Below are positions 10,464 through 20,916 of a stretch of DNA of 64,000 nucleotides, in pieces. The translations under genes were made by a program, and so were the position numbers. The notes under the pieces are model-generated. The model did no database searches, was not told the origin of the DNA, and worked only from the letters and a program-made list of their open reading frames with translations. This DNA is from Trypanosoma brucei (lineage: Eukaryota), in the NCBI GenBank assembly GCA_000002445.1, contig CM000207.1:2016001-2080000 (forward strand), in the 5' to 3' direction. Each line of letters opens with the position of its first letter. Within the stretch, counting starts at the first letter, position 1.

Positions 10464-12437
10464 ATGCACAAACCGGTGACGGCACGCGTGACTGTGAGTC
10501 TCCGTTTCACAGGAGTGCCAGGCATTCAAGGCCAGCGTGTCTTCCGTGACACTTTATCTGTAACGCATCCATACGATAACAGTTACGACAGAATTAGGGA
10601 TGTGGTGAATGAGAAGCTGAAGTTCATGAAGGCTCCCTTGTGTGATTTCACCGTCTTCCACAAAGATAACAAAACAAACGATGTTGTGGTCGTGGACAAT
10701 GCGTACTTTGCTGAGCTTGTGAGAGACCTTGTGGGGAAGGCGCTCGCATTGGGTGGGACACGCCCTGCCAGCATAGCGGAGGGTGTCTATAAATTGGGTG
10801 AAACACGCGACTTCAGAAGGAATGAGGTTTTAGGTGGTAGCTTTGATTATGAGGAGGAGGGGGAGGAAGTTGTTAGTTTAAGTGGCGTACTTTCGTTCGA
10901 TGTGGAGGTGACTAACGAGAAGACGGTGGTCGCCAAACCGAGTCTTAACAGCGGCACGGTGGTGCCACTGACAACGGAGGCGTTGCGAGCGCATGTGTCG
11001 GACGGTGTTCATGTAGCAATTGGTTCCCTCGTGTGTCCACCCAAACATCCAAATGTCTTCATTCGTGCTGCGGTGATTGGCATTCACTTTAAACAGCTGA
11101 ACTCAGGGCAATCACTGTGCCGATTAGATCTCTGTGAGCCGGAGGATGTGCGGCAGCAGATTACGGCTGTTACTTTTGACGCTTCCGTACAAAAGGCGAT
11201 TAGAGATAATCTTAAGGGAGGTGGGAGAGAGGTTGTAGAGCTGCGCAACGCTTATATCCGTAAGAAAAACGAAACAGACATACGATATCAGGTCAACATG
11301 CATCCTCTTATAATCGGGATGAACTCCTGCTCACGGATTGAAGTTGTGCGGCTGCTTCCAGCCCCAGTTGCTCTGAACCCCGAGAACGTTGTGACCATGC
11401 GGGAGAATTTACGCCCCACCGGAATCATTAACTTTGGTGGCCCAGCTGTCTCGAGTGAGAAACCTGTTAATTCAAGTCTTTCCCAACCGATGCGGCAAAA
11501 CGCGTCTGCTACAGGTTCCTCTTCGTCGTCATCGGTACAAAGTGGACCGAGGAAGACGATGTTATCACTAAACAGCGCGGCATCCAACACCATAACTCCG
11601 ATTTCCGGCGTAGTTCCTTCACATCTTGGCGAAGAAATGAGGCGACAACAGGCCAACTTTCTCTCCAAGCGGACGCGTGAAGAACCTCTACCAAAGGAAC
11701 CAGACACAATCCACGTGTCCGTGAAGGACGTGAGAATGAGAGATATGATTGTGGCGCAGTACGCCGTTAGAGAGGAGGAAACCAAAAATCGAATTCGACG
11801 GCGGAAGGAAGTAAACCAAACGTGTATCATCTGCGGGGTAAATTGCGAAGACGAGAGCACTTTAACTTTGGTGGCAGATCTGTTGAAGAACAATAGCGAA
11901 AACAGAGGAAGGCGCATCCCATCAATGGCGGAGCTGCGTTGGGCACTATGCGACCGGCGGCAAACAAAGAGCGGACAGGTTGGGAACCGTTTAGTGTGCG
12001 CACAATACTTTGTGGATACCCGAACCAACTCCCTTCACGTGGTGCACTGCCGCTGCGCTCATCTTTGTACGGGTTATCAAAGAGGACGAGATTTGGAGGA
12101 TATTGTAGCGTTAGAGCTACCCATGCAAACCTGTACTCTCTGCGGTATGCCGGGGGCGAGTGTCTTCTGCTACCATCCGGATTGTCGCGAGATGTATCAC
12201 ACAATTTGTGCGTTGTTTTGTTTTGGTTATGTGAACTTTGGCAAAAAGGATCCGCACCTGCCGTGTCCTGCGTGTCCAAAACATACACAAGTCAAACACT
12301 TACTGCCCGACGAGGCCGGTCCCGTCACGTATGCGCAAAGCAACTCCGCGTGGTGGGAGGAAGACAAAGTAGTGTTTGATTCCTCAATAGTTGAAACTAC
12401 GGATCTACGAGACCCGGATGAGAATGAGGGAGCATAG
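10464..12437 (+). CDS. Hypothetical protein with C-terminal Cys/His-rich (PHD/ePHD-like) zinc fingers
   Basis: The 657-aa ORF has C-terminal clusters: CIICGVNCEDE...C, HVVHCRCAHLC and CTLCGMPGASVFCYHPDCREMYHTICALF...CPACPKH. Confidence 0.6.
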   Translation: MHKPVTARVTVSLRFTGVPGIQGQRVFRDTLSVTHPYDNSYDRIRDVVNEKLKFMKAPLCDFTVFHKDNKTNDVVVVDNAYFAELVRDLVGKALALGGTRPASIAEGVYKLGETRDFRRNEVLGGSFDYEEEGEEVVSLSGVLSFDVEVTNEKTVVAKPSLNSGTVVPLTTEALRAHVSDGVHVAIGSLVCPPKHPNVFIRAAVIGIHFKQLNSGQSLCRLDLCEPEDVRQQITAVTFDASVQKAIRDNLKGGGREVVELRNAYIRKKNETDIRYQVNMHPLIIGMNSCSRIEVVRLLPAPVALNPENVVTMRENLRPTGIINFGGPAVSSEKPVNSSLSQPMRQNASATGSSSSSSVQSGPRKTMLSLNSAASNTITPISGVVPSHLGEEMRRQQANFLSKRTREEPLPKEPDTIHVSVKDVRMRDMIVAQYAVREEETKNRIRRRKEVNQTCIICGVNCEDESTLTLVADLLKNNSENRGRRIPSMAELRWALCDRRQTKSGQVGNRLVCAQYFVDTRTNSLHVVHCRCAHLCTGYQRGRDLEDIVALELPMQTCTLCGMPGASVFCYHPDCREMYHTICALFCFGYVNFGKKDPHLPCPACPKHTQVKHLLPDEAGPVTYAQSNSAWWEEDKVVFDSSIVETTDLRDPDENEGA

Positions 12438-12705
12438 AGGCACTTTTCATTTTTTTTTCTGCACCATACTAACCTAGTCGTTTTTTTTTCATTATTTGCC
12501 TGTGTGTTTTAATTAGATCCTTGCCCTTCCCCCTTTTACTCGATTTTTTCTTAATGGTTTGTGATCCTTCGGTTTGCTTCGTCTCACGAAACCTTAACCT
12601 AAATAAACTCGGTGCAACGTGTCGCCTAATTTGATCTTGAAAAACAAAAATAAGGCGATGTCATCTCTCGTAAAACCAAATTGGGCGTCAACAAAAGTAT
12701 ACAAA

Positions 12706-12746
12706 AATTTTTTACTTTTCTTTTTCCTCTTTCCTGAACTCTGCAG
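12706..12746 (+). promoter_or_regulatory. Polypyrimidine tract plus AG upstream of the NIF-phosphatase gene
   Basis: A cttttctttttcctctttcctgaactctgcAG tract lies about 210 nt 5' of the ATG at 12958. Confidence 0.35.
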
Positions 12747-12957
12747 CTGGTTGATTCACTTAATAAACATATTGAGAGAGGACCCACTCTTGACACCGGC
12801 ACCGCAGCGCATCTGTGAGGGCAACCCTCCACCAGAGAAAGAGAGAGACCGGGAGGGTTTTCCTTCCTCTCTCGTCGTCGGCAGCAAATATTAATAACAA
12901 TAAAGGAACATTTTTTTTAAAAAAAGATTTAAAACATAGCCATTAAAAAAGCACTCG

Positions 12958-13809
12958 ATGGGATACAGGTTGTTGCGTGACAATGTCTTCAAGGCGAGTT
13001 GTGCCAAAGACTCCGACGAGCTTCGAGCGCGGCGAGAGCCGACGATGTTATACAAAGAGGATCAACTAGTTGCCCCAGCGTCAGGCACTGAGCGACGCTA
13101 TACATTGGTACTTGATTTAGACGAAACTGTAATATATGCTCGCGAGGGTCCCCTTTATGCTCGCGCATATTTGAAGGAGTTACTTTCTTTCATAAGGAAA
13201 AACTTTGAAGTTATTGTATGGACAGCCGGTGAGCGGGAGTATGCCGAATGCATCTTGGAAGAGATAAATATACGCAATACAGTTCGACACCTCATACACC
13301 GCCACAAAACTTGGTTCAGTTTTGATGATTATACGAAGGATTTGACAAAGCTCGGACGAAACTTGGACTACGTTATCATTATCGAAAATTCCCCGGACTG
13401 CGTTCGCACGAACCCACAGAACGGTATTATTGTCGATGACTTCAGAGTGAGCCAAACCCCACCCATGGAAGAAGCGGAAGCAGCATGGGAGGGAGACGGA
13501 AATAATAGAGAAAGGAAGGCTGGAAGCAGGAGCGACAGCAAAACACGACGTCAGGTGACAGATCGAACTCTCCTTCTCCTAAGGGAAGTATTAAAGGCGA
13601 TGGTAGAGAGTGGTGAAACGGTCCCTGATTTTCTTGCAAAGTGCCCGTTATTAACTCAACGGCGCGTCATAGGTTCTGACGGTAGCCAAATTCAAACATA
13701 TCATCTCGGGACCCGCCGCAAACGAGGGATACCTCAACTGTGCGCCTCATCACCTAAACGAAGGCGGGTAACGAAGGAATCGGCTCCCGGTGCCACCTGC
13801 ACGTCATAA
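12958..13809 (+). CDS. NLI-interacting factor / FCP1-like (CTD small phosphatase family) HAD phosphatase
   Basis: The product contains YTLVLDLDETVIYAR, matching the DxDxT HAD motif and DLDETLVHS of the CTDSP/NIF family. It also has VIVWTAGEREYAECILEEIN and IIIENSPDCVRTNPQNGIIVDDF. Confidence 0.85.
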   Translation: MGYRLLRDNVFKASCAKDSDELRARREPTMLYKEDQLVAPASGTERRYTLVLDLDETVIYAREGPLYARAYLKELLSFIRKNFEVIVWTAGEREYAECILEEINIRNTVRHLIHRHKTWFSFDDYTKDLTKLGRNLDYVIIIENSPDCVRTNPQNGIIVDDFRVSQTPPMEEAEAAWEGDGNNRERKAGSRSDSKTRRQVTDRTLLLLREVLKAMVESGETVPDFLAKCPLLTQRRVIGSDGSQIQTYHLGTRRKRGIPQLCASSPKRRRVTKESAPGATCTS

Positions 13810-15728
13810 ATGTTGGTCGCTGAGCGGATGGCCCACCTGAAAGAAAGAGAGAGAAGGTGGGAAGGATAAATCAGAGAGGGAGTTTTCCTCGCTGCGCCTT
13901 TACCCTTCTAATATTGTTATTCTTGATCTATATCTATTTATAAAGATATATTGCATATATATATATATATATTATTGGGGGAAAGTGACACAATTTAACA
14001 CAAAGATTAGGTGTTATGTGTCGTTGTCTCATGGAAAAGTTGCTTCGCCTCACAGTTCATTAAAAAAAAGGATGGGATTGAAGTATCTTTCCACCAACAA
14101 GTATTTAATAATAAAAGAAAGAAAAGAGGGTGTAGATTACAAAACCCGGGTGTTGAGACGAACGTGGGTACGCCTGCCTGCGCATGAGTAAACTTGATTA
14201 TACCTTCGTACACTGAGAGTTTTTGCACATGACGCTTTGTAACTAATATTGTGTTGTCTCCTCTAGCTCTCCTTCCACTTGTTCTTTAGCATATTTCGTA
14301 TGTCGCTGGATCCGGTTTGTTCGATTTTACTTTGCGAGAGTTCGATGGGGGGCTGACGTCCGCTGGCAGGGAACGTAATTGTTGAACCTGAGGAATTTGC
14401 ATTCGGTGAAACTGTTGTTGGGCGGTCTTCGCTTTCAACTGCTGTATCTTTTGGTCTGGGCCCTTGAGTTGTTTTCGTTGTTGTAAGTTGTATGGGTCCG
14501 CCCTTCGTGGGGATTTTGCCCGCTGGGAGGTTCCACTACTCGGGTTGGAGGGCTGTGACTGATCTGTGGTCGATGTGATTCCTGTTTTGGTAGTGTGTTA
14601 AGCTGGAATCCCAGGTGAGCTAAATAGGCGTTTTTCCAGTTGGTCAATCCGGTTATAAAGTTGCTGGACTTGCTTTCGTATCGCCGCCGCTTTTTTCACG
14701 TTCCTGTTCCGCGTTACGGTGGCACTGTTCCACTCGTTGGGTTTCGCTGCTTCTGTGGATAAGGTATGCTGTTATGGCTACTGCCTATGTTACGCAAAAA
14801 AAAAAAATAGCACAAAAGGTGACACAGCGGGACCGGCTACAGCGACTGCCGTTTTGCGAACTATCTGTTACCTGTGATACGGCTATATAGATCCTGTGCC
14901 TTTAAGGGTAGTGGCCCGATTGGAGATTGAAAGCGTATCTTGCGAAGTGTTTTGGGGCCTCCAACAGTTATCCTCATCGAGGTGTTAATGCCCGAAAAAT
15001 GGCGGTCACGCGCTCACACCGCGCCCACTAAAAATTCGCCGCTAGACACTAAGCGGGAAGATGCGGACCGAGCTTAAAGGAGTGTTGTGTTGTTCGAGCT
15101 AAAACAACCCTAGCGCTCTGTGTGTATCCAGTTCTTATTACTTTCTTGTTTGTGTCTTCTGCACCAATCCATCAAGTTATATAGAAGGCCATATATGCGT
15201 GGTTCATGGTTATTATCATAGGCAATCCATTCACGGTGCTCACGATATGGGTGTCTTCATCTCAAATCTCTCTGACAAACTGTCACGTTGGTAAGAAGTA
15301 TAGTCTATTCTACACCTATCAAAGAGCAGGGCGCCCGACGGTATTGTCATCACTTCGCTGGTCCAAAGATTTTGTAGTAGATAAGCTTGAGATACTGTGA
15401 GCACATAATGTATAGTGTGGTGCGGACACTCACCTCCTTTAAAGAAACTTGGCGGTATACAAGCTGTAGTCTGTGTAATATGTTTGCATTCACGGCTATC
15501 TTGTTCAGAAATATGTGCAATCTGACCAGTGATACTTTCTTTCTGCGAGATGGCTCATTGGCAGGATTGAGTGCTGAGGGAGCGGAGTAAAAGTGCCACA
15601 TTATTTTTTTTTTAATTACGTAAGTCGTTGGTGGTGATTGCTACTATAGCGTTCAGTTCTTCATTTTGTTTTTTTTCTCTTTTACCATGGCGTATCGTAG
15701 GACTCTGTTGTCAATTGCAAAAGCAATT

Positions 15729-15730
<2 letters not shown>

Positions 15731-15778
<48 letters not shown>
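15731..15778. repeat. (GTT)16 trinucleotide microsatellite
   Basis: A perfect gtt x16 run inside the strand-switch region. Confidence 0.95.
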
Positions 15779-15779
<1 letters not shown>

Positions 15780-16301
15780 TGGGGGCCACTGAATGGAGTG
15801 AAACGGCGAGTGTGCGTTTTGTGGCTTCCGCTTCTGCACTGGTTATAAGCATGGTATCATTATAGATGCTGTCAGGGTCCCATTATTCACCATAAGCATG
15901 GAAGTCTTTCGGAGATTGGGCGTCACTCACTGTAGCAAACCATCTTTATGTACTTTTATCACTAATGATAGCCATATCAGGTGATTGTTGTGTGATCGGT
16001 TCCGGGTGGAGCGACTTTCGAGGATTGTTTGTCTTAACGATCTTCCATAAATCTTTAAGGGTCCGTCGCATCGAGTTGTTGAGGATATCATCTTAGTCAA
16101 TTTTGCGGTTTTGTCACCAGTGAGTCAAGCGTCTTCGTAGCGACTTGACTGTATATACGTAACGAAGCCAATTAACACCGAGTGTAGATGCCACTGAGCG
16201 GAATTTTGACCAGAGTTTTTCGAGTTCGATTACTTTTAGCGTCCTGGGGATAGATTCGTCCCCTGTTAGATGAGCTCGTGTTCTTGTTAAAGTTCTATCC
16301 C

Positions 16302-16871
16302 CTATGTGTACGGTATGTTTGTTTCTGTCCCATTTGATGCCGATATAGCCGTATTGTCATCTATACTCCGTTTCGCCATAGGTAACACGGGTTTCTCGGG
16401 CTCTCTTGTTTGTACATTTGTATACACATCCGCGGACTTTGTGGTAGGGGGCGTAATTCGTATGTCGTGGATCCACACGTCGATGATTTTTTGGACGTGG
16501 GGGAGTAGTTGCTCGTCCGTTCGTACGATACGCGGGTCCTCGGCTAGGACTAATAACAATAACTGCATAATTTCCAGTGATCCTACATAGCCGGTAGACA
16601 GCCTCGTGAATTCGTACGCTACTCCATCTTCATCAAAAAACCCAAAGTTTATCTGGGCGCGTGTTGATAATTCATCTTGGAAGGCCGCCGCCTCAAGGCC
16701 CATTGTAAGTGCTGGTGGTGCCCATACCCTAGATAGCAACTCCTGTTTAAAATATAGGCATAAGCTCGGACAATAACCATCTGCATATACTTCATCGTTA
16801 ATTGCTTGTGGCCATAATATCATTCGCCGTTGCCATTTTTTCGCTTCAACTCCATAACGGTATTTGGCCAC
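16302..16871 (-). CDS. Orphan ORF in the strand-switch region (hypothetical, possibly a gene fragment or pseudogene)
   Basis: The 189-aa ORF has a non-repetitive, protein-like composition and contains EVYADGYC. No homology was recognised. ORFs of similar length overlap on the opposite strand, so coding status is uncertain. Confidence 0.2.
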   Translation of the reverse strand: MAKYRYGVEAKKWQRRMILWPQAINDEVYADGYCPSLCLYFKQELLSRVWAPPALTMGLEAAAFQDELSTRAQINFGFFDEDGVAYEFTRLSTGYVGSLEIMQLLLLVLAEDPRIVRTDEQLLPHVQKIIDVWIHDIRITPPTTKSADVYTNVQTREPEKPVLPMAKRSIDDNTAISASNGTETNIPYT

Positions 16872-17210
16872 GCATAGGCTATAATATAGTGTGGATCAAC
16901 CCTACCAATAATATGTGCGTCTTCCAGTTGCCGTGCATCCTCTCACCGAGGCTTGAATGCCGTCTCACATTCGATAATTATGGCATTGTCCTTGGGCATC
17001 CTTTACAGTGCGCTCCATCTTTTTTAAAAAAAAACAAGAGAAATATACACATCCGTTGTCGAAACCGAGGACACGTCCATACAATCAATTGGAAGACGTC
17101 TGCCCCTCTCCTTTTCTCTTGATTCGTCATGCTTCCGGGAGGGGGACCTATGGCTGGGCAAACCAGTTAGGAGACGGCAATCGGACGACAATATGTCATG
17201 ACATGTAATA

Positions 17211-17621
17211 TCACGCAGATGCCAGGTCCGAGTAAATCCAGTCTATGCCGTTTCCAGTGCATGGGACGCCGTTTTGCACTTCCATCATTGTCTCGTCGAT
17301 TTGGTCCAGTCGTTCGGTGATGCGAGTTCGCCCGTTTCTAAGAGACATAAGCGGTTCTTTGAGGTTGGCGAGGCGGTTTTTGACACCCTGCAATTCCTCG
17401 CAGGATATCTTAATGCCTTTAATTTGGTTAATCGTATTGGCATCCAGACGGTTGATGGATTTAACTAACTCGTCCCAGTGTCCGTGTACGACCGTATTTA
17501 GAATCTCTGGACCGACCGAGTGAGTAAGAGAGTGAACCAGTTGAGAGGTCTCGCCGACTGTGATCGACGGTCGCTTTATTTGGGTACGGCGACTCTCACG
17601 AAAGCAATAAGAAAAGTGCAA
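17211..17621 (-). CDS. Orphan ORF in the strand-switch region (hypothetical, coiled-coil-like)
   Basis: The 136-aa ORF has heptad-like content (INQIKGIKISCEELQGVKNRLANLKEPLMSLRN). No homology was recognised, and overlapping plus-strand ORFs make it ambiguous. Confidence 0.2.
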   Translation of the reverse strand: MHFSYCFRESRRTQIKRPSITVGETSQLVHSLTHSVGPEILNTVVHGHWDELVKSINRLDANTINQIKGIKISCEELQGVKNRLANLKEPLMSLRNGRTRITERLDQIDETMMEVQNGVPCTGNGIDWIYSDLASA

Positions 17622-19523
17622 AACGCATATTCACATTCAACGGCTCGCGTTGGCCGGAAAATTCTGGAGGGAACGCAGTTTGTCAGCACGTAGTTAACGT
17701 GCGGGGGGCGGTGCTGTGCGAACTGTGCTTATGATGCTTTATAAAATGATATAAACCAGGCGAGATCTGCATTCATGAAGACCGTCTGTTTCCGGATCGT
17801 GGGGTAGCCGGCGTGTGTGGTGGATGGAACCCTGACCCGCGCGTGGGAAGGCGGTGCAACGCGACCAGATCAAGCAGCTTGCGGGCGTTGCTGACTAATA
17901 GTTGTTAAGAGGCAAACCTGTTGGTTTGGAGGACTTTGGGGCGCACCCGGGTGGAGATGTTTCAGATGCGGAAGGGTTGGAAGAGTTGGAAGGGAGATGC
18001 GAATCCATCATCTTACGCGAAGTGGGAGGCACGAAAAGGAAGCACGGCAACTGTAGCAAAAGCAACGTGAATGCCAGTGGTGTGTTTGCGTTGTTTCCGC
18101 GGCGCTGGAAAGAGTGCAAAGACCGGAAAAATAGAGTTGCGGTTCATGTAAAACCGTATGCGTGCAATGCCCGGTAGTGAAGCAGGATTTAAGAAAAAAA
18201 AAGAGAGATAAACATGCGGGGAGGAAGTTTACGAGTTCAACATGTGAAAGGTGTTTCGTAGCAGGGGCTCTGATAATGCACATCAACCTCGTGAATATGC
18301 ACGGCCCCGTGGCACCGCTAAAGGGACTACGAGCAGTGGAGGGAAAGTGGAGTTAGCCGTAGCCGCGCCGGTGTTGAAACCAAAATAAAAAAAAAGGATG
18401 ACATGGAGGTAACAGTTAAGGAAGGAGAGGATAGAGAGAACAGGGTGGGGTTGGAATAAAATGTTCCTAGTAAACTTTTGATGTTCACGGGGCACGTGGG
18501 ACTCCAAAGAGTAAGGAGAGGTGCGCACTTAAGGCACACACAAGAAAAATGCATACTGAATCCGATTGCGCGCTCCGAGGGGTTTCCTGACGCTTTTATA
18601 AGGAAGTGGAAAGTGTGAAGTGAAACCCACCAGTGCCCCATACTGCGGCTAAACGTAAGCGAGGCGAGTTGGTCTAAAAGGTTTAGTAGGAAGTACACAC
18701 GGCGATGGAAAGAAGGACGTTTACAACAAATTGAAGTTGGGCATCCAAGGATTGCTGAGCCACTTGCCCGAATGCACTGCCGTGGAGAAGCTGAAGATGA
18801 AGCATGAACTAATAGGCTTGACGAAGAAAGTGTCTGATGGGTTCTCTGCCTGTGCTCCCCAGCAGAGAAGGCCCAGACGAATAGAGAAAAAAAAACTCAG
18901 CGAAAAAGAAATTCAATCTAAAAAGAGAAGGGGGTTATCTTCTCACAGGGGGAATACCGACCATCGGAATTGCCACCTTTGGAGTTTTTTTTTGTTAAAA
19001 AAGGGATATAAATATTCTCTTATCTTTGAATGCAGCATTGCCTTTGAGAACTTGAAGAAAAAAAAAGTAGCGAAAGAGGTATTTCAGTTCTTTGCGAAAA
19101 CACAAGTATGTAAGAAAACTCAAGTGCGAAGAGGCCAGTGGTGACAAACACACATATGAAGACCATAAAATTAAGGCTCCTTGTCATCGTGTTCAAGTAC
19201 GGCAAAACAGTTGCTTGCTGATACGTTTACTATTTAAAAATAAAAACATTTTCTTTTTTGCAAAAATAACACAACTACTGCTAAGAAGGTAAACAAGCTG
19301 TTTTACGGGCGTGTCGTCCCTCTGCCGGCATTCCAAACCCTCAAACGAATATTTTGGTTAGAAGGAGCGAATACGCGGCGATGGGATGTATGTCTTTTGA
19401 AAATAAATAAAAAAAAATAAAGAAGTTAAGTGCACACTAGTGCTTTGGAAAAAAAAAAAAATAATAACAATAATAGTAAAAGGATCAGAAAATAGTCCTC
19501 ATTTACATATCCAACACGCACCG

Positions 19524-20093
19524 TTATGACATCATTAACATCGCGGAAACTAAGAGCAGCAATGGAACAACGTTTGTGCTTAACGATGCCGCCAACACCT
19601 CTGTGCCACCTCCATTGGACTCACACTCTCCACCGTCTACGCACGTGTCGGTCTTCGTTACTTCCGTTACATCTTCGGGATCTTCGATGTCATCCTTCTG
19701 CAGGCCATCATCATCACTTTTGACAGCAGGGCTTTTTGTGTCAACATTTGTTCCCTCAACTGCTCCTTTGGTGCCTGAGTTCCCCCCATTCCCCTCTTGA
19801 AGGTTGTTGTCATCACTTTTGTTGGTCGGACCTTTGGGTTTGGCACCTGCTTCTTCATCACTTTTGCTGCCATCGGGATATTCCATATCTTTCTCATACG
19901 GGATGCTGGCCTCCTCCTCTTCTTCTTCTTCTACGTCAGGCGGATCCTCAATGTCTCCTCTACTAACGCCAGGATTGTTGAGGAATTTATTCACCAGCCC
20001 TGCTGCTGCCCCCTTTGCTTCCACTTCTCCATTTAAAAGAGAGCCATTCATGAGCATCGCAACCAAGTATGCCAAAAGAGCCGTTAGCCTCAT
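19524..20093 (-). CDS. Small acidic secreted or GPI-anchored-type protein (candidate surface protein)
   Basis: The 189-aa ORF has an N-terminal signal-peptide-like segment (MRLTALLAYLVAMLMNGSLLNG) and a D/E/G/K/N-rich low-complexity core with an EEEEEEE run. The C-terminal hydrophobic tail (AASLSTNVVPLLLLVSAMLMMS) resembles a GPI-attachment signal. Codon structure looks coding. Confidence 0.45.
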   Translation of the reverse strand: MRLTALLAYLVAMLMNGSLLNGEVEAKGAAAGLVNKFLNNPGVSRGDIEDPPDVEEEEEEEASIPYEKDMEYPDGSKSDEEAGAKPKGPTNKSDDNNLQEGNGGNSGTKGAVEGTNVDTKSPAVKSDDDGLQKDDIEDPEDVTEVTKTDTCVDGGECESNGGGTEVLAASLSTNVVPLLLLVSAMLMMS

Positions 20094-20842
20094 CTATTCT
20101 TTTTTCTCTTTTTTTTCGCGTCCCAATGTTGCCTTATCTTGATTTAATTATTTATTTTGAAATAAATACGGGGAGAGCACACCAGGCATTTATATCGAAG
20201 GAATGCTCCCAGAAAAAGTTGGTAACTATCAATGTGAGGCTGTATCAAAAGCAATGTTTGTCCAACCCAAAGGTTTGGTACGATTTGGACAAACTTCCGC
20301 CCCTCCGCTATGCTGAGTTTGTCTCCCACATTCCGTGGGGAATGGACCAGGCCGTGATGAAACTACGGCGGTTCCAGAACCCCCCCCCAAAGGGAAAATG
20401 TTACGGATGCAGCCTCTTTTTGTGTAAAATGTGAAAAAAGTTTTTCGAAAACATGCTTTGAAAGACGATATATGGTTGCGAATTCTCTCCCCCTCCCCCC
20501 CCCCAAAAGACCACATTAACCCTTCGCAGCTGGTCAAATACTCAGGGGTAACTCGTCGTCTTCCCCAGTGCATGCGTTTGCGCGTGTCGGCAGCTGTGGC
20601 GGAGCGTCGATGTCCCTAGTGGGTGCTCGCGTGGCTCAATGCGGAGGTGGGGATAAGACCGCATGATGCGGGAATGTAAGACTCTGACTGGGGACATCAT
20701 TATAAACAACCCTCCCCTCCATGCCTTCAAAAAACGCAAACAGGGTTACACCTCCAACGCCCATGTCGCAAACGAAGGAGCGAAGCCTTGCTGATTTCGG
20801 TTCCAGGAACGATACCATACAAATTTTTAGTGTTGACGCGCG

Positions 20843-20913
20843 GCGCAGTTGGTCTAGTGGTAGAATTCTCGCCTGCCACGCGGGAGGCCCGGGTTCGATT
20901 CCCGGACTGCGCA
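20843..20913 (+). tRNA. tRNA-Gly(GCC): tRNA-Gly (anticodon GCC)
   Basis: The sequence is GCGCAGTTGGTCTAGTGGTAGAATTCTCGCCTGCCACGCGGGAGGCCCGGGTTCGATTCCCGGACTGCGCA. It folds as a cloverleaf with a 7-bp acceptor stem (GCGCAGT/ACTGCGC), a D-arm, an anticodon stem CTCGC/GCGGG with loop CTGCCAC (anticodon GCC), and a T-arm GGGTTCGATTCCC. The body from the D-loop to the T-arm matches what I recall of the eukaryotic cytoplasmic tRNA-Gly-GCC. Discriminator is A, with no encoded CCA. Confidence 0.93.
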
Positions 20914-20916
20914 TCG

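Larger units (their letters stand above)
14230..19520. other. Convergent strand-switch region between the plus-strand and minus-strand gene arrays
   Basis: Confident plus-strand genes end at 13809 and confident minus-strand genes begin at 19524 or beyond. The interval has no long ORF but is not low complexity. Confidence 0.7.

Noticed and set aside
14317-14360. GAGTTCGATGGGG and TGTTCGATTTT strings resembling a tRNA T-loop
   Set aside because: No complementary acceptor, D or anticodon stems can be drawn around them.
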